A stretch of DNA of 64,000 bases, taken from positions 29,836 to 93,835 of the IMG/VR virus record IMGVR_UViG_3300014613_004232. One strand, written 5' to 3'. The notes under the pieces are model-generated. The model saw only the letters and a list, made by a program, of their open reading frames with translations, was not told the DNA's origin and did no database searches. The position numbers and the translations under genes are program-made. This document shows, piece by piece, positions 1 to 8,647 of this stretch (position 1 is its first letter; every line of letters begins with the position of its first letter). The DNA comes from a virus.

Positions 1-3000
1 CGGGTTGCCCTCCTCCGTGCGCACGTTCTCCAGCAGCGCGGCCAACTTGGGCGGCACGGTGCAATCCAGGTCGATGCCTGCCTTCTCGGCCATGGCTTCG
101 AACTCCGTTTGCACGGTGGTGTCCATGGTGTCGACGGCGATTCGGCCGTCGGCCAGCACCTGGGCTTCGATCCGGCAAGGCAGCAACTGCAACTCGGCCT
201 CACCGTCGCGCGTCACCTTGGGCTTGCCGACGGCTTCCGGCCGGGTCAGCGGGCCAGGAGCTCGGCGCCACTCGGTGCGATTCTTCTTGTTGAACTGCTC
301 GCACACCTTGCGCGCGGCCTCGCGATCTGCCTCGCTGATCAAGTAGTAGGTGGCGCGGTCGTCGAGTTCTGGGTCCGCGATGATCAACGTCATCTTGTTG
401 ATGAGGTTGAACGGGTGGGCGATCAGCGAGATCGGCTCGCCGAACTTGGCCGCCACGGTCTGCATGGCCTCAATCTGGGCGTCCGTCGGGAACCCGGTCG
501 TCTTCATGGACTCGCGCGCACCCTGGTAGGCCAGGCGGTAGAGCTCCAGCAGGGCCTTGCTGCGCGGCGCCAACTGCACGCGCACCTGGTTCTCGGGCGC
601 CTCGGGCACGTGGATGGTGCCGCCCACGTCCTTGGCCGTCTTGATGGTGGCCACCGTGTGCAGAAGGCCGCGCAGCAGGTTGACGTTCTGCAGGCCACGG
701 AAGACACGCATGGTGCGCGGCACGCCGTCGATGCCTAACTCCTCGTCCTCCTCGATGTCGCACATGACCTCCATGAAGGCATCGGCGCCCTTGGCGCCCA
801 TGGTCAGCGCGTGCACCTTGTCCTCACCGGCGGCCAGGCACATCATGGAGTAGATCTCCAAGGGGCTGTTCGTCACCGGGGTGGCGGTAAGCACCAGCGG
901 CGGGTCGCCGCCCTCGCCCTCTCGCACGAACCAGGCCTTGATCTGCGCATCCTTGCCGCGCTGGCTGGCCTCGCTCACGCTCAGGAACTTGGCCGCGCTG
1001 AAGTCGACCGTCTCCTTGCTGTTCTTGAAGGCGTGGCCCTCGTCGATGACGATGGAGTCGATGCCCATGTCCTCGAAGAACGGGATTGCGGCCGACTTCT
1101 GACCGGTGCCGCTGGTCACCTCGGACAACTTCGACTCGGCGCGCTCCGTCTCCGCCTTCTTGTCGCTGCCGGTGTACGCAGGGTCCACGCGGCGCATGTA
1201 GGCCTCGTAGGCATCGATGGTTTCGTCCTTGAGCGGGATCGCCTTGAACGCCTCCATCGTGCAGAAGATCATCCGGTGGCGGTTCTCCAGGATGCGGGTG
1301 AAGTCGCGGGTGTAGTTGCCCGAGTCCATCTTGACGCTGCCGTCCTCCAGCACGTCCAGGCCCACCCACAGGCAGTGGTCACCCGAGGCGAAGACGGGAG
1401 GCTTGTACCCGGGCTGGTCCTTGACACCCTTTCCGGTGACCAACTCGACGCGCCACTTGGACAGGACCGAGTTGGGGACGACGAAGATGGTCTTCTTCTT
1501 GACCCCGATGGACTGCACGTAGAGCACCGCGGCCGCAGCCGTGGCCGTCTTGCCCAGGCCAACGCCGAAGCCATTGATGCCGCCGAAGGTGCGACCCTGC
1601 TTGCGAGCGTAGGCCGCCTGGTAGCCGTGGGCGCTGAAGTCGGGGTGCAGCCCCGGGATCTGCAGCGGCGATTCGTCGTCGACCTCGCGGAAGTACAGCC
1701 GCGCGGGATCATTCACCGTCTGGTGCAGGCGGTCCATGATGAGCGGGTGCGCCTTCACCCACTGGTCGAACTGCGCCGAGGCGGCCTTCGCCATGTCCTG
1801 CAGCATCTTCCGGCGCATGTCCTCCAGCGCCGGGTTGGCCAGGGCCTCGTCCTTGCTGGTCCGCGTGGACAGCGTGCCGCGCTTCAGGTACTCGGCAAAT
1901 CGCTTGAGTTGTCGCTCACGCTCGTTCGAGGGCGACTTGATGTCGCAGATGATGACCTTGTCGCCATCCTCGTCCAGGCCCACGACGAATGCCGGGTGCA
2001 TGAACCGGCGCAGGAACTCGGCCTTCTCCTCCAAGGTCACGAAGGGGCTGAAGAGGTTGTAGCGCAGGGTCTCCGGGTTGATGACGTCCACGCGCTCGGA
2101 TGCCAGGGCCTTCTGGCGCAGCAGCTTGTCGCGCACCGCCCCCGTTTCCTGCCCGATCTCGGCGTCCAGGCGGGCCAGCAGCGCGCCCAGGTTGCCCACG
2201 TAGAAGTCATCCGCCCGCATCGCTGCGGCGCCGCCGTCCACCACGCACCAGCCGTCGTCGGCCAGGGGGTCGAAGTCTGCGCCGTATATGGCGCGCAACT
2301 GCTCGACGGGGATCCGGTTGGTCTGGGCGCGGTACTTGAACGCGTCCACCTGGGCCTCCGTGTCCAGCGTGACGCCGGCCATGACGTCCTCGGCGACATC
2401 GCCGGTCCAGACGGGGCTGAAGCCGGAGCGTCGGTCGTACATGACGCCGATCTTCTTGAGCGCCGCCTTGCTGCCGGCGGTGAACTTGGCGAAGCCCTTC
2501 TTGGCTGTCGCAGCGTTCTCGCGCATGCCCTTGCTCAGGAAGGGGTACTCCGCATCGAAGTTGAAGCCGACTTCGCCGCCGTGGGCTTGAGAGACCTGGA
2601 CGACGGCCAGGCCAGTCATCAGCGTGTTCCAGTAGCCCGTCTGCTGGGCTCGGTCCACCTTGGCCACGTCAGCGTGCGCGGCGCGCAGCCAGTCGGGCAT
2701 GTCCAGTTCCTTGCCGGTGCGCTGCAGGTGCGCGACGAACTGGCCCGCCTGCTCCCAGGTGGCGCTCTGCTGGGCAGCGCTCAACGCGCTTGAGAGCGTC
2801 TGCCCCAGCCCGTCGAAGGACGAGTCCTCGGCCGCCTTGGGCAGGGCCACCCACACGCCGTTGCGCATCTCCAGGGTCTGGCCAGCGGAGACCATCGTGT
2901 CGCCCTCGGCGTACAGGATCGGTGACGTCTCGGAGGCATTGAGCAGGGCCCAGTCGATGCGGCTGCCCGGGAACTTGCGCAGCAGTTGGCCGATCTCGGC

Positions 3001-4254
3001 GGGGCCTGCATTGCTCAGCACGCGGTCGACGTCACGGAACTTCGAAGGGTCCTTGGCCTTGAACTCGCCCAGCACGAAGCGACGGCCGTCGCCCATGAAG
3101 TAGTTGCCCGCGATGAACTCGACCCACAGCACGTTGGCTTTGGTCAACACCTCGGGGCTTTGCTCCTTGAGCTCGGCGATCTTCTCGGCGGCGTCGCGCC
3201 CGAACTTGCGCAGCACGATCACGTCGGTGATGGTGTCCGCATCAGCCGTGCCGAAAACCGAATTCGGGAGGCGGTAGGCGCCCATGAACTCGGCCTTGTA
3301 GGAGATGGCGATGCGCAGTTTCTCCTCTCGCCCGCCCTTGCCACTGACAATACGCGGCGGGACGAGGAACGCGGCCAGGCCGCCCGGCTTCAGCTTCTCC
3401 ATCGAGCGCTGGATGAAGTAGCTCTCCAGCGTGTCATCCTGGTACCGGTCGTCCAACTTGCGATTGGCGCCACGGTCGTGCACGCCGCCAAACGGCACGT
3501 TCGTGATCACCGCGTCGAACTGCTCGTCGGCCGTTCGGCTGGCCACCGCCTCGAACGGGCTGACGATAGCGTTGTAGCCTGGCCCACCGTTGACCAGTTG
3601 GTTGATTCGACCGGAGACCTCTGAGAGTTCCACCGCCTCGATTGCGGCATTGGGCGGGGCAGTTGCGCCAAACACGCCGGTACCGGCCGCCGGGTCCGAC
3701 ACTTTGCCGCCGGCAAAGCCCATCTCCACCAGCAGGCTCCACATGCCCTGGGCGATGGGCTTGGGGGTGTAATACTCGTAGGCGCTACCCTTGAGGCCAT
3801 CGGCCCCGATCAGGTTGCCGCCGGTGCCGCTGTACTTGGCCAGAGTCTGCTTCTGCTCGTCCGTCAGGGAATCAGCCGACACCTCGCCAGCATCGATGCG
3901 GCGCAGCAGCGCGATCGCGTCTGCGTTGTCCTTGCGGCGGTGCGAGCTCTTGCGGTTCGGGTCGTAGTCGAAGAAGTGGGCGGTGGACACCCGCGGCTGT
4001 GCCACGGGCTCGGGACCGCCCTCAAGTTGGAAGGCCGACGCTGCGCGGCGTCCGGCTTCAAGGTCGACCCCCAACTTCCCGAGGACGACGATGATCCGAG
4101 AGGCGACCTTGGCCGACTTGAGCGCCGCCATGGGGACGCCTGGCTGGATGACTGCCTGCTCCTTGAGCAAGGCGGTCAATTCGGAGGTCAGTTTGAGTCG
4201 AGCGAGAACGCTGATGGGGGCATCGGAGGCCCCGTCAAGAACTGCATTGAGCAT
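1..4254 (-). CDS. darB: DarB-like adenine methyltransferase-SNF2 helicase fusion (runs off left edge; absent from ORF track)
   Basis: Manual translation from ATG 4254: MLNAVLDG...YEYYTPKPIA...DPAAGTGVF...VITNVPFG (N6 MTase motifs), then GVGLGKT, VIDEGHAFKN, LTATPVTN (SF2 motifs I-III). Confidence 0.85.
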   Translation of the reverse strand, partial: MLNAVLDGASDAPISVLARLKLTSELTALLKEQAVIQPGVPMAALKSAKVASRIIVVLGKLGVDLEAGRRAASAFQLEGGPEPVAQPRVSTAHFFDYDPNRKSSHRRKDNADAIALLRRIDAGEVSADSLTDEQKQTLAKYSGTGGNLIGADGLKGSAYEYYTPKPIAQGMWSLLVEMGFAGGKVSDPAAGTGVFGATAPPNAAIEAVELSEVSGRINQLVNGGPGYNAIVSPFEAVASRTADEQFDAVITNVPFGGVHDRGANRKLDDRYQDDTLESYFIQRSMEKLKPGGLAAFLVPPRIVSGKGGREEKLRIAISYKAEFMGAYRLPNSVFGTADADTITDVIVLRKFGRDAAEKIAELKEQSPEVLTKANVLWVEFIAGNYFMGDGRRFVLGEFKAKDPSKFRDVDRVLSNAGPAEIGQLLRKFPGSRIDWALLNASETSPILYAEGDTMVSAGQTLEMRNGVWVALPKAAEDSSFDGLGQTLSSALSAAQQSATWEQAGQFVAHLQRTGKELDMPDWLRAAHADVAKVDRAQQTGYWNTLMTGLAVVQVSQAHGGEVGFNFDAEYPFLSKGMRENAATAKKGFAKFTAGSKAALKKIGVMYDRRSGFSPVWTGDVAEDVMAGVTLDTEAQVDAFKYRAQTNRIPVEQLRAIYGADFDPLADDGWCVVDGGAAAMRADDFYVGNLGALLARLDAEIGQETGAVRDKLLRQKALASERVDVINPETLRYNLFSPFVTLEEKAEFLRRFMHPAFVVGLDEDGDKVIICDIKSPSNERERQLKRFAEYLKRGTLSTRTSKDEALANPALEDMRRKMLQDMAKAASAQFDQWVKAHPLIMDRLHQTVNDPARLYFREVDDESPLQIPGLHPDFSAHGYQAAYARKQGRTFGGINGFGVGLGKTATAAAAVLYVQSIGVKKKTIFVVPNSVLSKWRVELVTGKGVKDQPGYKPPVFASGDHCLWVGLDVLEDGSVKMDSGNYTRDFTRILENRHRMIFCTMEAFKAIPLKDETIDAYEAYMRRVDPAYTGSDKKAETERAESKLSEVTSGTGQKSAAIPFFEDMGIDSIVIDEGHAFKNSKETVDFSAAKFLSVSEASQRGKDAQIKAWFVREGEGGDPPLVLTATPVTNSPLEIYSMMCLAAGEDKVHALTMGAKGADAFMEVMCDIEEDEELGIDGVPRTMRVFRGLQNVNLLRGLLHTVATIKTAKDVGGTIHVPEAPENQVRVQLAPRSKALLELYRLAYQGARESMKTTGFPTDAQIEAMQTVAAKFGEPISLIAHPFNLINKMTLIIADPELDDRATYYLISEADREAARKVCEQFNKKNRTEWRRAPGPLTRPEAVGKPKVTRDGEAELQLLPCRIEAQVLADGRIAVDTMDTTVQTEFEAMAEKAGIDLDCTVPPKLAALLENVRTEEGNP

Positions 4255-4282
4255 GGCTGCGCGGCTGGTGGATTTGCCGCGC

Positions 4283-4323
4283 AGTGTGGGAATCGGCGCC
4301 CCCCTTCAGGAGGCCCGTTTTCC
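4283..4323 (-). promoter_or_regulatory. Putative activator-dependent late promoter of darB
   Basis: CGGAAAACG box, 29-nt spacer, CACACT -10. Confidence 0.65.
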
Positions 4324-4339
4324 GGTTACAGAGCCCTGA

Positions 4340-6499
4340 TCAAACGCCCTTCGCTGCAGCCACCGCCGCCGCCGTGTAGGCCTCGGCCGCACGGTTCAAC
4401 ATGCCCATCATCTCGGCGTCATCGGCGTACTTGGTGAACATGGGTTCGAGCTTGTCGAAGATGCCCGGATCCAGCAGGTCGATGGTCCCGTCGATGATCG
4501 ACTGCAGGTATGCCTGGTCCTCAGTAGGGGCTACTTCGGTAGCTTGCGGCTGGCCCGGTTCGGGCGTTGCTTGGTCGCCACCATCGCTGCCAAACGGGAT
4601 GGCGGCTGAAAACTTCTTGGTCATGGGGTTCCACTCGGAGGCATACACGGGGATGCTGTCGGCGTCGTAGCCTTGGCTTCCGGCAGACGCCTTTGCCAGG
4701 TCAAGCGTGTCGTAAGTGGTCAGAAGCACCCAAGAATCACCCTGCTTCGCCCGCCACTCGACAGAGGAGCCGACGATGTCCGTTTTGATGACAAACCGCG
4801 TTTCCTGGTGGCGTGCTTGCTTGATGACCGCCGGCGCGGCTCCCTGACCAGCCTTCTGTTCCAGTTCGGCGATGCGCTTGCGCGTCGTCCCGATCACCCC
4901 GTTGTTGTTGGACAGCATGTAGTCCGCAAAGCCGATGCGCCCCGCGAAGTCGGGCTTCTTCAGCCCCTCGATGGTCACCTGGTTGAGGCCCATCTCGATG
5001 AGCCCTTTGTCGTTGCCGGCCTTGATGAGCTTGTTGGCCTTCTTCATGAACTCCTGTTCGGCCATGAGGGCCGCAAGTTTGGCTCGCAACTTCTCCAGGG
5101 CCTGGGGGTCATCCGAGGTGATGGCGCCCTTGGGAGCAAGGCGCTTGAGAGCGTTCAGGCGGGTCAGGTCATTGTCGGCCGGGGCTGCGGGCGCCGGCTG
5201 GCTGGGCGGTGCCGGCGGGGCCAGGCGGTCGACCTCCTGCAGGATCTTGGCTGCGGTCTCCTCAGGGGAGACGCTCAGGTCATCCTCGATCTCGACATCC
5301 GAGGAGCCAGGGAACTTGACCTTGTAGGTCAAGAACGCCATGGCCTCCAACTTCAGATCCTTCTGGATGTCGATGCTGCCAGAGGATTGAATCACGCGCG
5401 CATCGCCTCGGCTGTGCGTGTCGGCGTTGTGGTCAGTGCCTCGCACCATGCCGGCGGCCTTGAGCGCTTCGCTGATGGCACCGGCCCGGATGTTGAACTT
5501 CCCTTGCTTGGCTCGGGCCTCCTCATACGGATCCACCTTTGCCACCTGGTTCTTCGCCTCGGCGATCGACTGGTTGAGATACGCCATGGTGTACTGAGGC
5601 ACCTCGTGCATGCCGGATGTGCGGACGCTCGTGGGGTTGGCCACCACCGCCTCAATCCGCTCGGGCGACAGGCCATTGTTGCGGAGGTAATCGCGCGCTT
5701 CGCCACGCCCCATGTCCTTGGTCAGGCCCTCGGCCTTCAGACGGTCCTGTCGGGCGATCGTGCTCTCTGCCTTCTCGAACAGGTACTGCGGGTCGCTGAC
5801 TCCCTCAGGCCACCCACGCTGCGCCAGTTCCTTCACGCTCTCGACGAGAGGCAGCAGGCGCTCCGAGAAATCGACTCGCAGGAGTTCGGCGTCGTGCTGC
5901 TGCTGGTAACTGGTGAGCAGATACGACAAGGTGTCGTAGGCCTCGCGAGCCTCGGCCTTGGTCACGCGCGCCTTGGAGACAGCGGGCGCCGGCGCCTCCA
6001 GGCCAGCCAGTTTGGCCGCCCCTTCCGGGGTGACGGCAAGGCCATCCTTCACGAAGACAAAGCCCAGGATGTTCAAACCGGCCATCTTCACGCGCTGGCG
6101 CTTGTAGCCGGCGGCCTCGCAGGCCTTGATCTTCGCCAGATCATCGGCGGCCCGACCAGCACCGGACGACTTCTCACCCTCGAAGGTGGCGGTCGCGGTC
6201 AACTGCATCATGCCCAGATCGACCCCCGTGCTGAAGAGCAGGTGCTGGTTGCGCCTGGGCAGCGTGCGGAACTCGGGGGGGATGGAGCTCGTGAATCGAG
6301 GGGTCCACTCCACCAACAGCGGCTCCAGCGGCACGGCGACGTCGTTCGCGACCAGTGCCGCAGGCTTGGCGGTCTCCTCGCGCGCTGCGAGGATGGACTT
6401 AGCCACATCCAGCTTCGCCAGTGCCGTCGGGGCCTGGGCCAGTTGTGTCCGCAGTGAGGGGATGCTGCCAGCGTCGTCCAGCGCAAGTGCTTGGGTCAT
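4340..6499 (-). CDS. Polyvalent head-packaged protein with DUF3560-like segment and DarA_C-like helical C-terminus
   Basis: ATG 6499 with GGAGA RBS; SDDPQALEKLRAKL...PDFAGRIGFADYMLSNNN resembles DUF3560; lies in the Dar cluster. Confidence 0.6.
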   Translation of the reverse strand: MTQALALDDAGSIPSLRTQLAQAPTALAKLDVAKSILAAREETAKPAALVANDVAVPLEPLLVEWTPRFTSSIPPEFRTLPRRNQHLLFSTGVDLGMMQLTATATFEGEKSSGAGRAADDLAKIKACEAAGYKRQRVKMAGLNILGFVFVKDGLAVTPEGAAKLAGLEAPAPAVSKARVTKAEAREAYDTLSYLLTSYQQQHDAELLRVDFSERLLPLVESVKELAQRGWPEGVSDPQYLFEKAESTIARQDRLKAEGLTKDMGRGEARDYLRNNGLSPERIEAVVANPTSVRTSGMHEVPQYTMAYLNQSIAEAKNQVAKVDPYEEARAKQGKFNIRAGAISEALKAAGMVRGTDHNADTHSRGDARVIQSSGSIDIQKDLKLEAMAFLTYKVKFPGSSDVEIEDDLSVSPEETAAKILQEVDRLAPPAPPSQPAPAAPADNDLTRLNALKRLAPKGAITSDDPQALEKLRAKLAALMAEQEFMKKANKLIKAGNDKGLIEMGLNQVTIEGLKKPDFAGRIGFADYMLSNNNGVIGTTRKRIAELEQKAGQGAAPAVIKQARHQETRFVIKTDIVGSSVEWRAKQGDSWVLLTTYDTLDLAKASAGSQGYDADSIPVYASEWNPMTKKFSAAIPFGSDGGDQATPEPGQPQATEVAPTEDQAYLQSIIDGTIDLLDPGIFDKLEPMFTKYADDAEMMGMLNRAAEAYTAAAVAAAKGV

Positions 6500-6524
6500 G
6501 GGATTCTCCGTTGAGGCGGACCGC

Positions 6525-6565
6525 ATTTGGCCCGCCCTCCGGCCTCACTCGCTCGCGGCCTTTCC
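6525..6565 (-). promoter_or_regulatory. Putative late promoter
   Basis: TTCGGAAAG, 29 nt, CCAAAT. Confidence 0.5.
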
Positions 6566-6576
6566 GAAAGCCCACC

Positions 6577-6837
6577 TCACTGGAGCTCGAACCAAGGAGG
6601 GGCGATCACCAGGAGCCCGTCCGGCCGCTGGCAGAAGTGCAGCAGGTCAGTCGGGGCCAGCCGCTCTGTGGTGAGGCTGATGCCGTCGATGTTGGTGGAG
6701 GCGCGAATCTCGCGCTCCACGTACTCGATGGCGTCTGGCTCGCCATCCAGCCTCACCCCGCGCTCGTCCTCGGGGAAGGTGGCGTCGACGGCGCCATAGG
6801 GAGTGAAGCAAACGAAGGCGTCAGGGTTGCTGGGCAT
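6577..6837 (-). CDS. Hypothetical protein (86 aa)
   Basis: ORF overlaps stop of upstream gene, acidic globular composition. Confidence 0.65.
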   Translation of the reverse strand: MPSNPDAFVCFTPYGAVDATFPEDERGVRLDGEPDAIEYVEREIRASTNIDGISLTTERLAPTDLLHFCQRPDGLLVIAPPWFELQ

Positions 6838-8647
6838 AGGTCTTCAGGGTCTCGTTCATCAGTTGACGTTCGGTTGGGCGGCCGTTCTTGATCCAGTCGA
6901 AGATGCGCGCCCGGACCTCATCCAGATCACCCACGACCTGGCAGCGGGCAACGGCGTTGTTGCCGACAAAGCCCGGACCATCCGCGATCGACACCTGGAA
7001 GATCACATGGCCCTTCTTTGGCCTGGTCCTGTCAAAGCCAGAGGTGTACTCGGTCACCTTGGCCGCCTGGTAGACGAGGTAAACCGTCGTGCCATCAATG
7101 TGAGCGCCGACGTAGGACTGCACGCTGTAGATCCTCTTGTACCCGCCTTCGATCCGCTCCATGGCAACCGGGTTGACCGAAGGCATGTCGGGCCGCAGGG
7201 TGATCCTGCTGGCCACTTCCTTGATGAGAACGGCCCGGGCGTCAGCCTGCGCCTCCATGAACTCTGCCTGCACGGTGGCGTTCTTCTCGCGCACGTCATG
7301 GATGAGCTTCATCAGCTTGTTCGCAGGCGTCTTCATGACGCCTTCGAGCAACTTGAAGATCTCCGGATCCTGCGCCATCCGCTGGCCGAGCAGCAGCGGA
7401 TCGCTCAGCGACTCCATGGCCATGGACATCACCTCGGTGGCGTCCGGGTAGAACTTGCCCACGTAGTGGCTGAAGAAGTGGTCCCGATAGGCCTTCTCAC
7501 TCGACCGGTACCCATTGTTTCCGGTCAGCGAGCGAAGGGTGTGCAGCCCCGAACCGTCGGAGCGCTTGTTGAGGAAGGCCTTCGCCGCCCACAGTATGCT
7601 CGGGTCGGACTCCAGGTGATGGCCCAACTCGTGCCACAGGGTGCGCTTGTCGAAGTCTGCGTCGATGTTGATCACTGCACTGCCGTGGCCGTGGACGCCC
7701 GTGGCGTTGGCGCGCCTCGACCCGTTGGTGCTGATCTGCACCGCCCCCAGTCGACCGGCGCTGAGCCGATAGAACTCCGCCATGTCAGCCCTGACCTGCT
7801 CCACCGGGTAGCCGCCCTTCTTCATCCGAGTGGCAGCCGCCTTGGAAATCTCCTGCTTGGCGGCCCAGTCCACCGCCTGTTGCTCGGAGACAGGAGACCA
7901 TTCCTTGAAGGCTGAGATGACCGAGTTGCCCGCTTCCCGCAAGGTAGCCCCGGCGCGGGCCAGCGCCACCTGACGCTTGCCGGCGGCCAGGGTTCGGCGG
8001 TCTTTGAACTCGTCGACAAGCTGCTGGTGAGCGTCGTAATACTCGTCGTAGGTGGAGCCACCGGGCTTGCCAGGGTTGAGGCGGTTTCGCAGTTCCTCAA
8101 AGGCGTGCTTCTGCTCGTCGTTGAGCTCAGCCATCACCTGGTTCTCTGCCGAGGTGGCCTGCTCATAGGCCTCCGCTCCCTGCGTCAGCGACTCGCGGAG
8201 GGTGTCCACGACCGTCGAGGCGCCCGCAAATCGGGCCAGTTGGGCATCAGGGAAGCCCATCGGCACATTGGGGATCGACAGTTGGGAGACCGCCCGCGAA
8301 ACCGTGTTTCCGTCGAGCTTCGCCGTGCTCGCCACCGATTCGACGTAACGCAAGACGGGCCTGAGGATGAGTTTGTCCTCAGCCACCTGCACTTCGTCAG
8401 CACCGGACTCAGCCAGGGCGTGAAAGTGCTCCGTCGCCCGCTTGATCGCGTCAAGCGGATCCATGACGTCGATGTCCTCCGCGCCGGCCGCGCGCAGCCC
8501 CAGAAGAGCAGCGCGAACCGCGGAGACGCGCTTGGTGGCCACGATCAGGTGTCCGGCGTTGTCGGCCCGCCTGGCCTCGCCTTGGGCCTCCCGTGCGGAT
8601 TGGAGGTCCCTTGCGAGACCGAGTCGGGTGAGAACAGGCGCGCTCAT
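6821..8647 (-). CDS. Polyvalent protein with zincin-like metallopeptidase domain
   Basis: WHELGHHLE (HExxH) plus downstream YVGKFY..ATEVMSM; coupled to darA stop. Confidence 0.7.
   Translation of the reverse strand: MSAPVLTRLGLARDLQSAREAQGEARRADNAGHLIVATKRVSAVRAALLGLRAAGAEDIDVMDPLDAIKRATEHFHALAESGADEVQVAEDKLILRPVLRYVESVASTAKLDGNTVSRAVSQLSIPNVPMGFPDAQLARFAGASTVVDTLRESLTQGAEAYEQATSAENQVMAELNDEQKHAFEELRNRLNPGKPGGSTYDEYYDAHQQLVDEFKDRRTLAAGKRQVALARAGATLREAGNSVISAFKEWSPVSEQQAVDWAAKQEISKAAATRMKKGGYPVEQVRADMAEFYRLSAGRLGAVQISTNGSRRANATGVHGHGSAVINIDADFDKRTLWHELGHHLESDPSILWAAKAFLNKRSDGSGLHTLRSLTGNNGYRSSEKAYRDHFFSHYVGKFYPDATEVMSMAMESLSDPLLLGQRMAQDPEIFKLLEGVMKTPANKLMKLIHDVREKNATVQAEFMEAQADARAVLIKEVASRITLRPDMPSVNPVAMERIEGGYKRIYSVQSYVGAHIDGTTVYLVYQAAKVTEYTSGFDRTRPKKGHVIFQVSIADGPGFVGNNAVARCQVVGDLDEVRARIFDWIKNGRPTERQLMNETLKTYAQQP

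Noticed and set aside
5-3800. Long plus-strand ORFs such as 811-2793 (660 aa) and 2986-3624
   Set aside because: Antisense shadows of the high-GC darB gene; no motifs or RBS
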